A stretch of DNA of 64,000 nucleotides from Rhizodiscina lignyota (lineage: Eukaryota): assembly GCA_010015805.1 (NCBI GenBank), contig ML978123.1, forward strand, positions 248,001-312,000, given 5' to 3'. Positions 26,001-38,009 of the stretch are shown in pieces. Position 1 is the stretch's first letter. Each line of letters opens with the position of its first letter. Position numbers and translations under genes: made by a program. Below the pieces are notes generated by a model. The model saw nothing but the letters and a program-made list of their open reading frames with translations. It ran no database searches and was not told the DNA's origin.

Positions 26001-28476
26001 ACTGAGGAAATGCCAAAACGCGTACGCTGGCATCAACTTGAACTTCACTGGCCTTTGGAATTTTTTGTGGAACGTATATGGCCAGTGTAAGACGCTCGTC
26101 TGGTTGCAGGATTATCAGCTTCTTGTGGAATACCTCTAAAGAGCGACATGCCGAGTGGAGAAATTGGCCCATTCGCTCCGTGGCCGAACTGAAAACTGGC
26201 TTCCAGTGGAGAGCATGATGGTCCAGCTTGAACCGGCTCAACTCTGCCGGCTCGAGCAATGATGACTGCAACAAGCCGTTTCTGACCAGACTTGGGAGCT
26301 GTTTCGACGAAGGAAGTGTGCCGAGCATCCAGATCTGTTGCTCATCACTGAGCTTACTGAAGTCAAAGAACGGCGCAAACTCTGTGATGTCGGCATTGTT
26401 CCGGGTGCACCAACGAAGTGTCATTTGGATAAGTTCGAACTCAGATACAGCAATTCTGTCCCTGCTCAAGAGTAAATCCATAGCATCGACCTCGTAATCC
26501 AAGCAAGACAGGTTGCTTGCAGTCTCAGCTTCAATCTTCTCTTTGGCCGCAGCGTGCAAGACATCTAAAATAAACGGTGGGGATGTCTGGGGAGGTTCCG
26601 GCGGATCTTCGAGATTTACAGGAACTCGGATGCGGTTGCCATCGACGCACTGGGAGAAGAGTCGATTTAGCTGTTGACACTCTGGACTGAGTGGACCTTT
26701 GAGTCTCGCCCACTTCAGATACAAGTTCTTGACCCGACCGAGGGAGGCATTGGTATATCTTGCAAAGAATTCAGCTCTATCATCATCAGTGATCTGATTG
26801 AATGATATTGGTTCCTTCACTCCGGGATAAAGAGCGGGCTGGGAAATTAGGCGTGGAATGATATCTGGATCCCAAGTCACGAAGACTGGTGCATTCTGTC
26901 AGTTATATGTAAACACTGCCGTTATCTGGGAAAACGATGGAAAAGAAAATAGCAAATGTCTTTGTGCACTCACATTTATCGCCATCTAGGTCACCACCGG
27001 ACATTAAGTCGGCACTCGGTCTCTTGCCGCACGTGGGGAATACGATACAGTCGATGAGGTGCGCAAACTCTGGAACATCCACAGCTTTGAACTTTTGCAA
27101 ATCGCCAGGGTGCAGGCAAGGGTTCCTGGTCACCATAACTTCGGTATTCATTATGGTCATTGCCCGACCATCGCCGTCCAGCGTGGTTCTCACGAAGCAG
27201 GTGCCTGGCTTGAGAATTCCGTTCGTACCAGGTTCGCCAGATGGATCACAGATTCCAAAGAGCAGCCGAGACTGCGGAATTAGGATGCGACATCTCTGTT
27301 CATTGTATTTGTTGAGCATTCGAGCATGTTCCTGTTTGATTAGACCCCGCAGGTCTCGGTGAACAGACGGTACGCCATCTATGAGAAGTCTCTCTGCAAG
27401 ATCGAGCCGGTTGAGATACGAGAGAAATTGAAATGCGGCTCTGTTATCCCCTTGGACGGCTTTATGTAAGAACTGGAGATATGTGTCCTGTTTCTGTAGT
27501 ATTGTCTCAACAGCTACTCCGAGAGAGTTCAGCAGTAGAACAACTTCATCGTTAAGGTAGCCGAAAGCATAAGGCTAGAAGCAGATCAGCAATTATTCTC
27601 GTAGAGCACTGCAATACTACTTCTTACCTTGGAATATTCAACTACAGATAAGGAGAGATCCTTTGCATCGCTAAACTTTTTCATGGAAGCTCGAAATTGA
27701 ACCTGCGTCTGCCCTTTTAGTTCTGGACAGAGTGTCAGTACCCCTTTGTAGCCTCGGTATCGAATCTGGAACACCGATGGGAGGTATCTCTTGTTCCTGA
27801 ACGCAATATTTCGTCGCTGAACGAGTTGTCTTGCCAAGGTCGCCGAAATCCGCCCACAGCCGTCAGTGAACATGTAGTCTCCAGAGGTGATATCATCGAT
27901 ATCTTCACAGCGATTGGGTGAAAGTTCTAGGGCCATATCTGCACTCGAAAATAAGAGGCCGATACGTTTCGCTTTCTTGCCGACAGATTTGAGCTTCGAA
28001 AAGTCGCCCATCGCTTCGACTTTGACGGATATTTCCTGCTTGGTAGCCGCAAACATAAAGCAACTTCTTGACTTGAGCTGACTGTTGCTATGGCCGAAGA
28101 AGTGGTATCTCACGCCATTGAGGATGATCCCAGTTTTTAGAAGTCTCGCAATGTAGTCTGCCGAATCTCTTCCCGGAGCTAATCGAAGGGGGTCATTAGG
28201 ATTCAACTTCGGCTCCCGTAGGCGAAAGTCTGCAAAAGAGAGTAACATGAAACGGTGGAGAGGGTCCGAACGAGTGACTCTGGTGGAAGGGGCATTTTCA
28301 AGTCGCAATTGAATGCCCTGCTTTGACAGCGATGACACTAGCTGAATAGACTTGACAAGTCCAGCGTCGTCAAGTTTATCAGCACGAGGGAGATTCGGAA
28401 CGGTAAATTCCCATTTTGTGTCGTTCGCAAGTATTTCTTTCTGTAGTGTGCTCACAGGAAACCGAAGTTTGCTCAT
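23092..28476 (-). CDS. RNA-dependent RNA polymerase fused to C-terminal Upf1/DNA2/NAM7-like SF1 helicase (~1700 aa)
   Basis: Exons 28476-27628, 27574-26974, 26885-25690, 25643-24201, 24105-23092 (5103 nt, in frame across canonical GT-AG introns). RdRP motifs FFGHSNSQLK, FTDGCGRIS, PSVFQIRYRGYKG, VTRNPCLHPGD, SGGDLDGDKFFVTWD; helicase motifs GPPGTGKT, APTHNAVDN, DEASQ, GDHVQL, QYRMHP, IDGYQGRE, RRLNVAMTRA. Confidence 0.93.
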
Positions 28477-28699
28477 GGCGAGTTGGACCGAGTTGGTTTG
28501 TGGCGCTTTCGCAGCAGCATGAGAGAGTCGAAGGAAGAGTACGAAGAGCCTAGAGGATCGAATGGCTTGTTCGATTGCTTGTCCTATTTAGGTGGATGTT
28601 GCATATGCTGTGTAACCACGTGAGATTCGCACATCAAACGGTCTGACACTCTAAATATTGGCTGTTCGCGAGGCTCAAAGTAAACCCCACAAGTTCAAA
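28477..28699. promoter_or_regulatory. Short divergent (bidirectional) promoter between RdRP-helicase and AAA_28 genes
   Basis: 223 bp between two divergent ATGs; palindromic CACGTG at 28617-28622. Confidence 0.5.
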
Positions 28700-29323
28700 A
28701 TGGGGGATCCTAAGAATATCTTTGTTATTGGTGCTCAGTGCACAGGCAAATCAACCCTAGTCAATGGTCTAGAAGGGCATTTCTCACAGAGTCTCAGCCT
28801 TGCTCCAAGTCCCAGCATCATTCGGGAGGTTGCACGTTCTGTGCTCCATAAATACGGCTTCACTCGAGATGACATCTTGAACTCTCCTGAGCGCGCCCTA
28901 CAACTGCAAGAAAAAATCCTGGAAGCTCAATTTGAAGCTGAGGGCGCTATCTTAGACGACCTAACAACAAAATGGTACATTTCCGACCGGTCTGGCCTGG
29001 ATCCAATCGTCTACGCCTACCTGTATGTCAGTGAAGAGTCTGCTCAGAGACTGCTTGCGTCTCCGATATGGACAGCATTAGAAAGCAATATGAAAGGAGG
29101 ACTCGTGATCCTTTGCGAGGCTGGATGCAGCTGGCTTGTTGATGATGGGACGAGGCTGATGCCAAAAGACGATAAAGACTGGGAGAGAGTGGACTTGGCT
29201 TTCAGGATGCTACTCGATATGCGAGACATTGAGTATATCTTGCTACCTCGCGATATGAAGGACCTTGAGCGGCGGATTGAGATTGTTGTAGAAGCCCATG
29301 GATCGCAAGTGCATGGCATGTGA
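28700..29323 (+). CDS. AAA_28 (NadR/Ttd14-like) P-loop nucleotide-kinase-fold protein
   Basis: N-terminal Walker A IFVIGAQCTGKST, IIREVARSVL, LQEKILEAQ, YISDRSGLDPIVYA, LVDDGTR and LERRI motifs; ATG 28700 is in frame with the 28658 ORF. Confidence 0.85.
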   Translation: MGDPKNIFVIGAQCTGKSTLVNGLEGHFSQSLSLAPSPSIIREVARSVLHKYGFTRDDILNSPERALQLQEKILEAQFEAEGAILDDLTTKWYISDRSGLDPIVYAYLYVSEESAQRLLASPIWTALESNMKGGLVILCEAGCSWLVDDGTRLMPKDDKDWERVDLAFRMLLDMRDIEYILLPRDMKDLERRIEIVVEAHGSQVHGM

Positions 29324-30356
29324 GATGCAGGTAGAAATCATTGAGGCTGGAGTTCCCCCTGAGAAAAGTTACTTGTCCATAAATGGTTAGCGCGCTACAA
29401 TAGGAGGCCAAAGCAGAGGTTCCGACTGTTCATCCGGCTCCATCGAACTCTCCAGCACAGTCGAACGTGTGTACCTGCACATGATCGCGTATTATGCCTA
29501 AAAATTACCTTAATTTTAAGCCTCATAAGCACCTTTCGCTACATCTCTCAGGGGGCAGAGCTGTTGGGCGTTGACGGCGCTTGAGGCTCCTTGCGCAATG
29601 GCCGAACCGACTCAGCGGATTTCTCGATTGGATCCTGAGGAGGCTTGAACAACACTGAATAGGCGCCGATGACATTCTCCCCATATTATCGACATCAGTT
29701 TCTGGTGTTACTTAAGTATGAAGTCTTTTGCTGATTTGCCATCAACATGCCGTAAATTTACGGGAACTGCAAGGCAATTCGTGGCTTTCCAACGCCGCTC
29801 ATCTAATGGATATCAAAGGTACAGCTCTCACGAGGCTGCAGATTTTGCGACGACACTCCGCGCTTCTCGAGCACGTAACCTTTGTTGGACCCAAAATAGA
29901 TGGTTTAGAATTGGCAGGATTGGTTCCATACCAACATACTCCGTCGTAAACGCTGAGCTGCCCCTATCAATGTTGAAATTGCTCGGTGCTAACAGTTCCT
30001 ATGAGAAATGATTCGGAGAGGTGGAACTTACCAGGGCAGTGAGGCTATGATTGTGAAGGATTTTACTGTATTGGATCTCAGTTTGGAAAGAGATGGAAGC
30101 ATTTCGTGTTACAAGCACTGAGCCTCTTATTCACTTCAATGTTTTCCGCTATGCACGCCTCTAGAGCTTGACTTTCGCTATGCCTCCAAACGCCCAACGT
30201 GTCGCACTTGTTACCGTGGGGTTGTGCATGTCTGCCAACTCCTGTAAACTCCCAACATCTTAATTCCTGTACTTCGATGGGATCTTGTATGGGCGAGTCG
30301 CTGGGCCAAATGTACGCCATTCCATAGTTGTTCAACGAGTTGAGAGCAGTCATCCA

Positions 30357-31049
30357 TCAATCGCTGTCGCTCCCACTTCCGGTCGGTCCGTCGTCGTCGT
30401 CCTCCTGCACGACATCGTCCGACATCAGGAACGAGTACTCCGCCTTCTGCAAGAAGCTTCGCAGCTCCGTGTTCCTCGGATCTACGAGGTCGAACGGCTT
30501 CAGCTTCGCCTTGTTCCGTATTCTGCAGTATCATTAGCCTTGCCTTCACCTCCTACGCATCTACCCTCTCTCAAAACTACATGCACATACCTAGGATCAC
30601 ACCCCGCATCCACCAAAATCTCCACCACCCCTCTCACCCTCTCCTCCCCCAGCTCCTCCTTCTCCCCCTTGTCCAGCCCATTCACCCACCGCACCGCCTT
30701 ATGCAGCGGCGTGTCGCCCTCCATGCGGTCCAGCGGGTCGACCTCCAGCCCCTCCTGGTCCAGCAGCAAGTCCAGCACCTCGTACGCACCGCATGCGGCT
30801 GCAACGTGCAGCGCGTGCGCGCCGATGCCGTCGGTGCTATGGTTGAGCACGTCAGTGAGTTGGGAGGGGCTGAGGGAGAAGTGGTCTTTGGAGTGGTGCA
30901 GCAGGTCGGAGAGGAGGTCGGTGTTGTTGCGGCGGCAGGACTCTAGGAGGAGTTCGCGGGGGGTGGCGCCCTGGGAGGTGATCAGTATGGTGGAGCGGTG
31001 TGGATATGGAAGTGTAGGATTAGGAATTGTGAGGTACCTCGTCTGCCAT
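30357..31049 (-). CDS. Small conserved ankyrin-repeat protein with acidic tail
   Basis: MADE|GATPRELLLESCRRNNTDLL...HALHVAA...GDTPLHKAV...LVDAGCDPR|IRNKAKLKP...DDDDGPTGSGSDSD*; two introns. Confidence 0.85.
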
Positions 31050-31410
31050 GGCCGCTTGAGATTTCTGGAATATGTTTGACTTTTTGGAGAGGAAGATTGA
31101 AGTTGATGAAGGAGATCCTCTTAGTAAGGAAGAGGACACCAGAAATGAGAAGAGAGAAGTGACTGCTTTGAAGTTAGAATTAAAGTTGAGGTGAGTAAGT
31201 GACTGAAGTCGCAGATTGGCGCGCGTCTCGAATGGCGCAGACTGACTGCAGTTGTCCAATGTGGCACGGACGCGTCGGCAAATGCCACGCTCCGATACCT
31301 CATGATTTATCGATAACAGCCCAGCTTCATAATTTTTCAACACTGCATCAACAAGAGTCAGAAGAGGGATTGACAGCTCTCTGAAGGCCCTTTGGCTCTA
31401 TTCACACAAG

Positions 31411-31891
31411 ATGTTGCTCTGTAAGTTTCCTCCTCGACATCGTATCTGCTCAGCATGCCTAACGCGCCTCACAGTCTGTCCAAATTGCAGCAACATGCTG
31501 CTCGTCGCGCGCACCCCCTCCACCACCGTCAACGGCGTCGAAGACCCCAGCTCCGGCCAGAACCGCTTCGAATGCCGTACGTGTCCGTACGCCTACGCGC
31601 TCGACGGCCGCTATTTCGAGCGCAAGTTCTTCCGCGCCAAAGTTGCAGAGGATGTGGTGGGTGGTTCGGAGGGCATCAAGGACAGGAGCAAGACTACGAG
31701 TGAGTTTTCACTCGAAGCAGGATGATGCGAGAGACAGGATATATTCTCTGATACAGCCAACAGTCCAATGCACGAACGAGAAGTGCGACGGCCAGGAGGC
31801 GCTGTTTTACCAGCTGCAGATTCGAAGCGCGGATGAGCCGATGACGAACTTCTACCAGTGTGTCAAGTGCAAGAAGGAGTGGAGGGATTGA
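31411..31891 (+). CDS. RPC11: RNA polymerase III subunit C11
   Basis: MLL|xCPNCSNML...RFECRTCPY N-terminal Zn ribbon and TFIIS-like FYQLQIRSADEPMTNFYQCVKC; two introns. Confidence 0.93.
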
Positions 31892-33056
31892 TCTTTTGCG
31901 TGTGTTCTGATTTGGCGTTCAGCGGCATGGAGCACGAGCATTGGGCGGCGCAGTTCTGGATATACCCATTTGTGTTTAACAGGAAACCTTCCCTGGAAAA
32001 GATAGCTGCGCTTTATGGAAGCCAAAAGGGGGAATATGATTGAGATTCGCTCTCTACTGAGATTTACTAAACTTGTTAGAGCCATGTGAACTGGTCAGAT
32101 TCGAGCTAACGTATATTATATAAAGCCTTGGGATTCCTGTCGTGGCCATTGGCATCGCCATCACAACAGCAGCACGTCGTCCTATCGTGTGGGCCACAGC
32201 CTTCCATTACGCTGGGGTGCCGAATTTTACTTCCTTGATTTAGCAAGATTCCTAAAGTGTTTCAGAGATGCTCTCGTTTATGTTGAAGAGGGTGAGCTGT
32301 TATTTCTGCACTTTCGACCTTCATCGGAGAACAACCTCTTATATCTCTTCTATTAAGATGGATTGAGCCTGCCAAAGCCGTATGAGCAGGTTGATTTCGA
32401 GCCAACATATATCATATAGAGTTTTCAGATATTCTCTCGTCCATGTTGAAGAAGGGAAACTGTACCTTTCAACCTTTATGGTAGATCGGCTCGCTTTATC
32501 TCTCCCACGAACACAGATTAAGCTCATAAAAGCCGCGTCAGCCGGCTAATATTTAGCCAAAGCACAGCAAATCCACCCTTTAAAGACGCTATCGCTTGTG
32601 CGGAAGAACAGTCCTCAATTATGCTGCATATCACAGGCAATATCGTGGAGAGCTTGACAACATGAAATAATGCCCGAGTAAGTTAGAGAAGGTGTACGAA
32701 TAAGTCTTGCTCTTCAACACCAGCGAGGTATCTGTAAAAGCATGATTTGATATGATCGAGACTGTATTTGGTAAATATGCACGACTTCAATATGCACGGT
32801 CTACATTGTCTGAAGAGGGTATAACACCCTGAATTTTCAGCCCATGCTATCCGTCGCTCAATGACTTACTTCAGCACCCTCCACCTATGCTGTTTCTAGC
32901 AGCGTCTGCCTCTCCATATTCCATCCCCAGACCTCATTCGCCTTCAGGTTCTCCTAAAGTGCTCGGCGGTCCCGGGTATCGGCCGTGCTGGACGGAGTAC
33001 CGCTCTTTCCCGAAGGATTCACGCTTTTCGAGGGTAAATGTAGCTCGTCTACTCTT

Positions 33057-33458
33057 TCAATGTGCCTCGAAGCTGGCAGCGACATTCCTCTCCATCATGG
33101 CGAACATCAACTCGGGCAGCTTGATGTCCTCGCGGAACTGGCGCTGCTGCAACAGCTCGAGCGCCTTGAGCGTCGGGCCGGGGTACGTCAGGTACTTGAT
33201 GTACTTGGGCTCGCGCCAGTACCGCAGGTAGTCGAGGTAGTTGATGAAGGCCGGGTCGTCGAAGTACTTCTGGGTGGCGAGGTAGTTGAGGTATTCTGGG
33301 TTCGCGAGGCTTTGTACGAACTGTGGTGGGAGTTGTCAGCTCTAGAGTATTTGTTAAGGACGCGTCAAGCTCGCGACGCGTACCTCGAGCTCCAGCTCGA
33401 AGCGCGAATAGCCCCCGTAGCAGGGCTCTGGAGGATTTTGGGGTGTTTGGTCGGCCAT
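33057..33458 (-). CDS. MED31: Mediator subunit 31 (SOH1)
   Basis: Read from the reverse complement: [74 protein letters not shown]; one intron. Confidence 0.93.
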
Positions 33459-34048
33459 TGCGATTGTCGGTGAGGTTGCAACTTGGTAAGCAATTTGAAA
33501 TGAAGTGGTGAGGGTGGAGCTAGAGGCTAGAGCGGCGCACAGACGCGAGCTATGAAGCGCAGATGGCAGTGCGTTGCGGGAGGGGCGTGGTGGAGGAGGT
33601 GGCGTGAAATTCGAAGCTCGAGCTCGCCGTCCAAAAGCCTCCGATGCAGGAGAAGCTCTTGGCCCCGCTCCCGCAAATCGCCAGGAACGCTTTGCTGGGA
33701 CCCGTGGCAGCTGGCCAATTTCCTAGCACAATGGCATTGTCCGCCGCATGCACCGAGGAGGTAGTCCGCTTCATGTCGCGGCTGCAGTGTGTAATCAGAG
33801 CAATAAGGCAGTGTCTGTCATGCGCGCCTCGTGACTTCCCCGTATTCACTAGGCATTCACTGCTCAGGCGAGAGCGGGCCTTGGCGCAGGAGCAAGCGAG
33901 CGCCAAGGCTGGAGGTGGTGGTGCAGTGGCAGTGGCAACCCAATCGGCGCGGACGAGCAGCGCTGTCGCTGCCTCTGCCTGCCTGCGCAATTCCTGTTTC
34001 CTCTGCCTCTCCGCCAGCACGCAGCGATCGTCGCGGCGTGCGGCGTAC

Positions 34049-34077
34049 CTGACTGACTGACTGCCTGACTGACCTGA
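34049..34077. repeat. Imperfect (CTGA)n microsatellite
   Basis: ctgactgactgactgcctgactgacctga in the MED31/PAL1 divergent intergenic region. Confidence 0.7.
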
Positions 34078-34794
34078 GAGCTGGCGGACTTGCATGGCCC
34101 GCCGCACGGCGAGTGAGGGCTACCCGCTAACTTCTAACCAGTTCGCGTGCGCCCTGACCAGCCAGACGGCCCCTGCACATCAGGCCAGAAGCACGGAGGA
34201 GAGGCCAATCGTCACACCTGATCTTCTTCACGAAACGCACCGCGCACAGAAGGCGTGCCTGCGTGAAGTCGACGCTCAAAGACACCCGTCCCCTGCCCTT
34301 CGCCGTCCCCTTCCTCTTCACTCCACTTCTCGCAATACATACCCTTTCGCACCGCTACTGTATTCTGAGTAAATTGCATTTCAATCGGCACGAGCATTCA
34401 CCACATTTACATTTCCGACCAGCGCGCCGATCTCACCCACGTCTCCGCTCTCGAAACCCCCAAGACCCCTTTCCTTGCTCCGCCCACGCCTCGCTGCTCG
34501 ATGCAATCAACCCTGATACACCGAGCCCAGAGCGCGTGAAGCATTGTCTACATTCTTGCCCTCCCCGGTGGGCCTGCAGCGCGCATAAGCAGCAGCACCC
34601 TCTTCTTTTTAATTTCCTCCCCGCTCCTCTTTGTTCCTTCAATCTTTTCCGCGCCGCACGCAAAACAAACACGGCGAAGCACGCGCGCACGAGATCCACC
34701 AACCTTCACCTTCACACTCGCCTCCCTCGCAACCTCGCAACGATCAAACACTGAGCGACGCCCAGCTGCGATCGGCACCGACGCCCAGCGAATC

Positions 34795-37065
34795 ATGGCG
34801 CTCGCTCCGCCAACGAATGCCCCGGGTACGTGTGTCCCTGAGACTGTGCATCCAATCCAATACATCATACTTCATGCCCGCTAGCGTCCGCCAACCTGTT
34901 TTAACCCTCGCTGCGGCCCACAATCCCTTCTACCAGGCTGCGATAAGGAGAAATTCAATATGAGTACTGACGTTGTTCCTTTTACTTCAACAGACCGACG
35001 TCCTCCTGTGCCGCCTGGCCTGAACCTGAGTCTCAACTCCAACAACCCGTTCCGCAACCGCGCGAATTCGCCTGGACTCCCGTCACCAGCTTTCGCGTCA
35101 CCAGGCGCTCTTCCTACTCCAACGATCAACAGCGAGCGACCAGCGTCGAGAAATCCCTTTCTTGCCGCCTTCGAGCAGGAGACAAACAATAATCTGAGGA
35201 ACATGGCTGCGGGTGACACAGGACGCTCGTCGTCCCCGCAGCAGAATGCGTTGGACAGCAATACCAGAGAGCTCTTCGTACGTCCACCCGATCCCTGGCA
35301 GTGACCTGCAGATAAGCCACCACCCCAAATATTTCTCGCCTGATACCGCATTTCCTTTTCTAAATTCTCACACGATATCTGGCTACCTGCAGCGCGCCTC
35401 CACAATCATGGACGCCAAATTCGAGGAATTCATTGCATTGTTTGCTAACTACCCGCGCCTGCAGAACAACTTGACCCTGAGTGACAAACAAACCCACATC
35501 GGTATGTCTTGGCAGGAGCGCAACATTTGAAATCGACTATCTGACAATCTCTCTCAGGCGCGGCGCGTGTGAATGCTCCACAGCGATCAGAGACACTTCC
35601 AGTCGCAGGTCACAGACCACATCGCTCCGATGAAGACAACCAATCGCGCCCTGATGGCGGTCGACGACCATCGCGTCCACATGTTCTGCCCTCGAACGAA
35701 GATCCGTTTGCTAGCCCCGAAAGGCGCGAGCGACGCGAACAGAACGGCCCAGGCCCTCGCCCAAGGAGGACAAACTCGGAGTCCTCTGTTCACCGACCAA
35801 TGACTGAGGAAGAGAAGCGAGCGCGCGATCAGAGGCGACGCGAGAGGGAGCGAAGACATCGCGAGCGTGGCGAGAGAGATCGCGATGGCAAGGATGGCAA
35901 GGATGGCAAGCCGCGTGAGAGAAGTAAGAGCAGTCGGCCAAGGAAGCCCAATGCGGGCTTGGACTTGATCGACAAACTCGACGTCACGGGGATATACGGC
36001 CCTGGACGTAAGTTTAGAAATCCCTTTGGCCCTAATATCTCCCCTAGTACAATAGTTGCTCTAACAGCTACCCTTGAAGTCTTCCACCATGATGGACCGT
36101 TTGACGCGTGCAATCCGCACCGCAACCGCAAGAGGGATGTTCGCGCCCCGATGCAGGCCTTCCCAACCGACTCGAAGAACAACACGCTCGGAGGCTCTGG
36201 CCCGTTGAACAAGAACTTCGACCTGGATCGCATCCGCGGTACCGGTACCGAAGGCTATGAAGACTATTCTTACGCACCGAACCGCACCAATGGCAACAAC
36301 TACCATGCTCAGACTGGCCGTAAGTACAGTTTCGAGCGCGAGCGCGCCCCAGGCGTAGGTCAGTTCGACCCCTTCTCCAAGACGGAACTCCAGCATGGTG
36401 AGGAATCAGTCGGTCTCGGCACCAGCACCTTCCTCGAGGGAACCCAGGCCAGCCGCAGTGCGATGCATCGCCGGGACAGCGAGAACGACAACGTCATTCG
36501 TGCGAACGGCGTCGAGGGATTCCAAGGCGGCAATGGTAATGCAAGCGGACTAACTCGTAAGAAGTCCCTCGCGCAGCGCTTTCGCGCGATGAGCCAACCC
36601 AAGCGCGGCGACAGCTTCAATGGCCAACCCGGCATCCCTGGCGCAGGCGGCAGCCCGAAGGATCCTTCTTCCCCTGACAGCCCCCCTCGCAAAGGATCTG
36701 TAACCACGACTGTCAAGCCAGTCTATCCGGCCAGCGCAGGCGGACGCATTGGAGGTCAGGTCGGCGATAACAACCCCTTCTTCGACGAGTATGACGACGC
36801 GTTTGAGCGGAAGGGCGCGAGTATCCGTGTTGCAAATGGCGGTGCGGACATGGAGAATGGCACTGGGGGCGGAAGAGAGAGACCGATGCAGCGGACCAGG
36901 GACAGGGCGCCGAGCAGTCCGATGAGGGGCGTTGCGCTTGAGAGGAGGGCTACGAATGACGGAGAGACGAATGGCTTTGGTGGCGGTGCTGCTGGAGGTG
37001 CGCCAGTTACTGGTGGTGGCTTCCTGAATCGGGTTAAGAGCTTGAAGGGACGAAAGAAGACTTGA
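34795..37065 (+). CDS. PAL1: Pal1 cell morphology/endocytic protein
   Basis: SNNPFR and RNPF motifs, LDLIDKLDVTGIYG|xFHHDGPFDACNPHRN...APMQAF, HGEESVGLGTSTFLEG, FLNRVKSLKG; introns at about 34826-34992, 35278-35464, 35502-35557, 36008-36079. Confidence 0.85.
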
Positions 37066-38009
37066 ACAGCTGAAGGGGCGTGAGTTCGAATTGAATCGAT
37101 GAAGTGAAGAGTAAGTCAGGTCAATCGATTTGAGGTCTTTGAAGCATCAAGAGCATTCTGGCGCAAAGTCATACGCGAGCATGGCGGACGGCGGTTCTGG
37201 GGAGGTCCAAGGATGGTTCAAGACGTTTCTGAAGAAGTATTCAACAGGCGGTGTCCTGTGTGGATCGTATAAGCGGAGAAGTGCTGTTGCACTCTCCATA
37301 GCATAAGCAGCTGCGCATGAAGCTGCCGTAGTCTGAAGTCGTCATCATGGACGAAAGAAATTGACAGCTGTCCATAGCATATCTTACACTATATCATCAG
37401 TTCAGAAATTCTTGGATTCGTGTTGTGTAGAGTGTTCGGTCGATGGAAAGTAGCTCCTTGACTTTAGAGACCAACGGGTTTAAGAAACATCCAGGATTCA
37501 CCAAGCCGTCTACTCAAAAGCAATCCCCTCTTCCTCGTAGAGCTAGCTCTACGTGAAAGGCTTGTGCCGCACACGAAGCTCTGTAACACTGCGGCAGTTC
37601 CCAGTGTTTGAAGACCTGCGCGCGAAACCTGAGAATTTGCCTGAGGAATCCTTCACCAACTGATATGTATTTTACATCATGAGTACAGATGACGATGAAC
37701 CCTCCATTCATCACCCCAGCTACAACTGCTCAGCTAACAATAGTGTAGTACTCTCCTGCTGGCCTTAAAATAAGTGGTACGTCCAGGCCGGCAGCGATAA
37801 CTAGCACATCATCTAGATAGACGGTCTGATCGGTGGTGCTAATATAGCCCGACTGGACTGTGAACATCCATCGGATACGAGACACCTCGTATGCCTGCCG
37901 CTCTCCCAGGAGGCACTTCGCTCATCCGCGCAACTGTGTCCTTTGGCTCTGGTGCACCTGCTTCTGGCGGACTCTTGCGCTTTCGACCACATTTCCCCTC
38001 CTAACACGT

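Noticed and set aside
23092..28476. Endogenous viral origin of the RdRP-helicase
   Set aside because: Catalytic motif is cellular DxDGD rather than viral GDD, the helicase is Upf1-like, and the gene has four spliceosomal introns.
30285..31079. 264-aa Ser-rich plus-strand ORF
   Set aside because: Antisense to the ankyrin gene, which explains the sequence.
33520..34790. Cluster of overlapping GC-rich ORFs
   Set aside because: Divergent MED31/PAL1 promoter and 5' UTR; high GC lengthens spurious ORFs.
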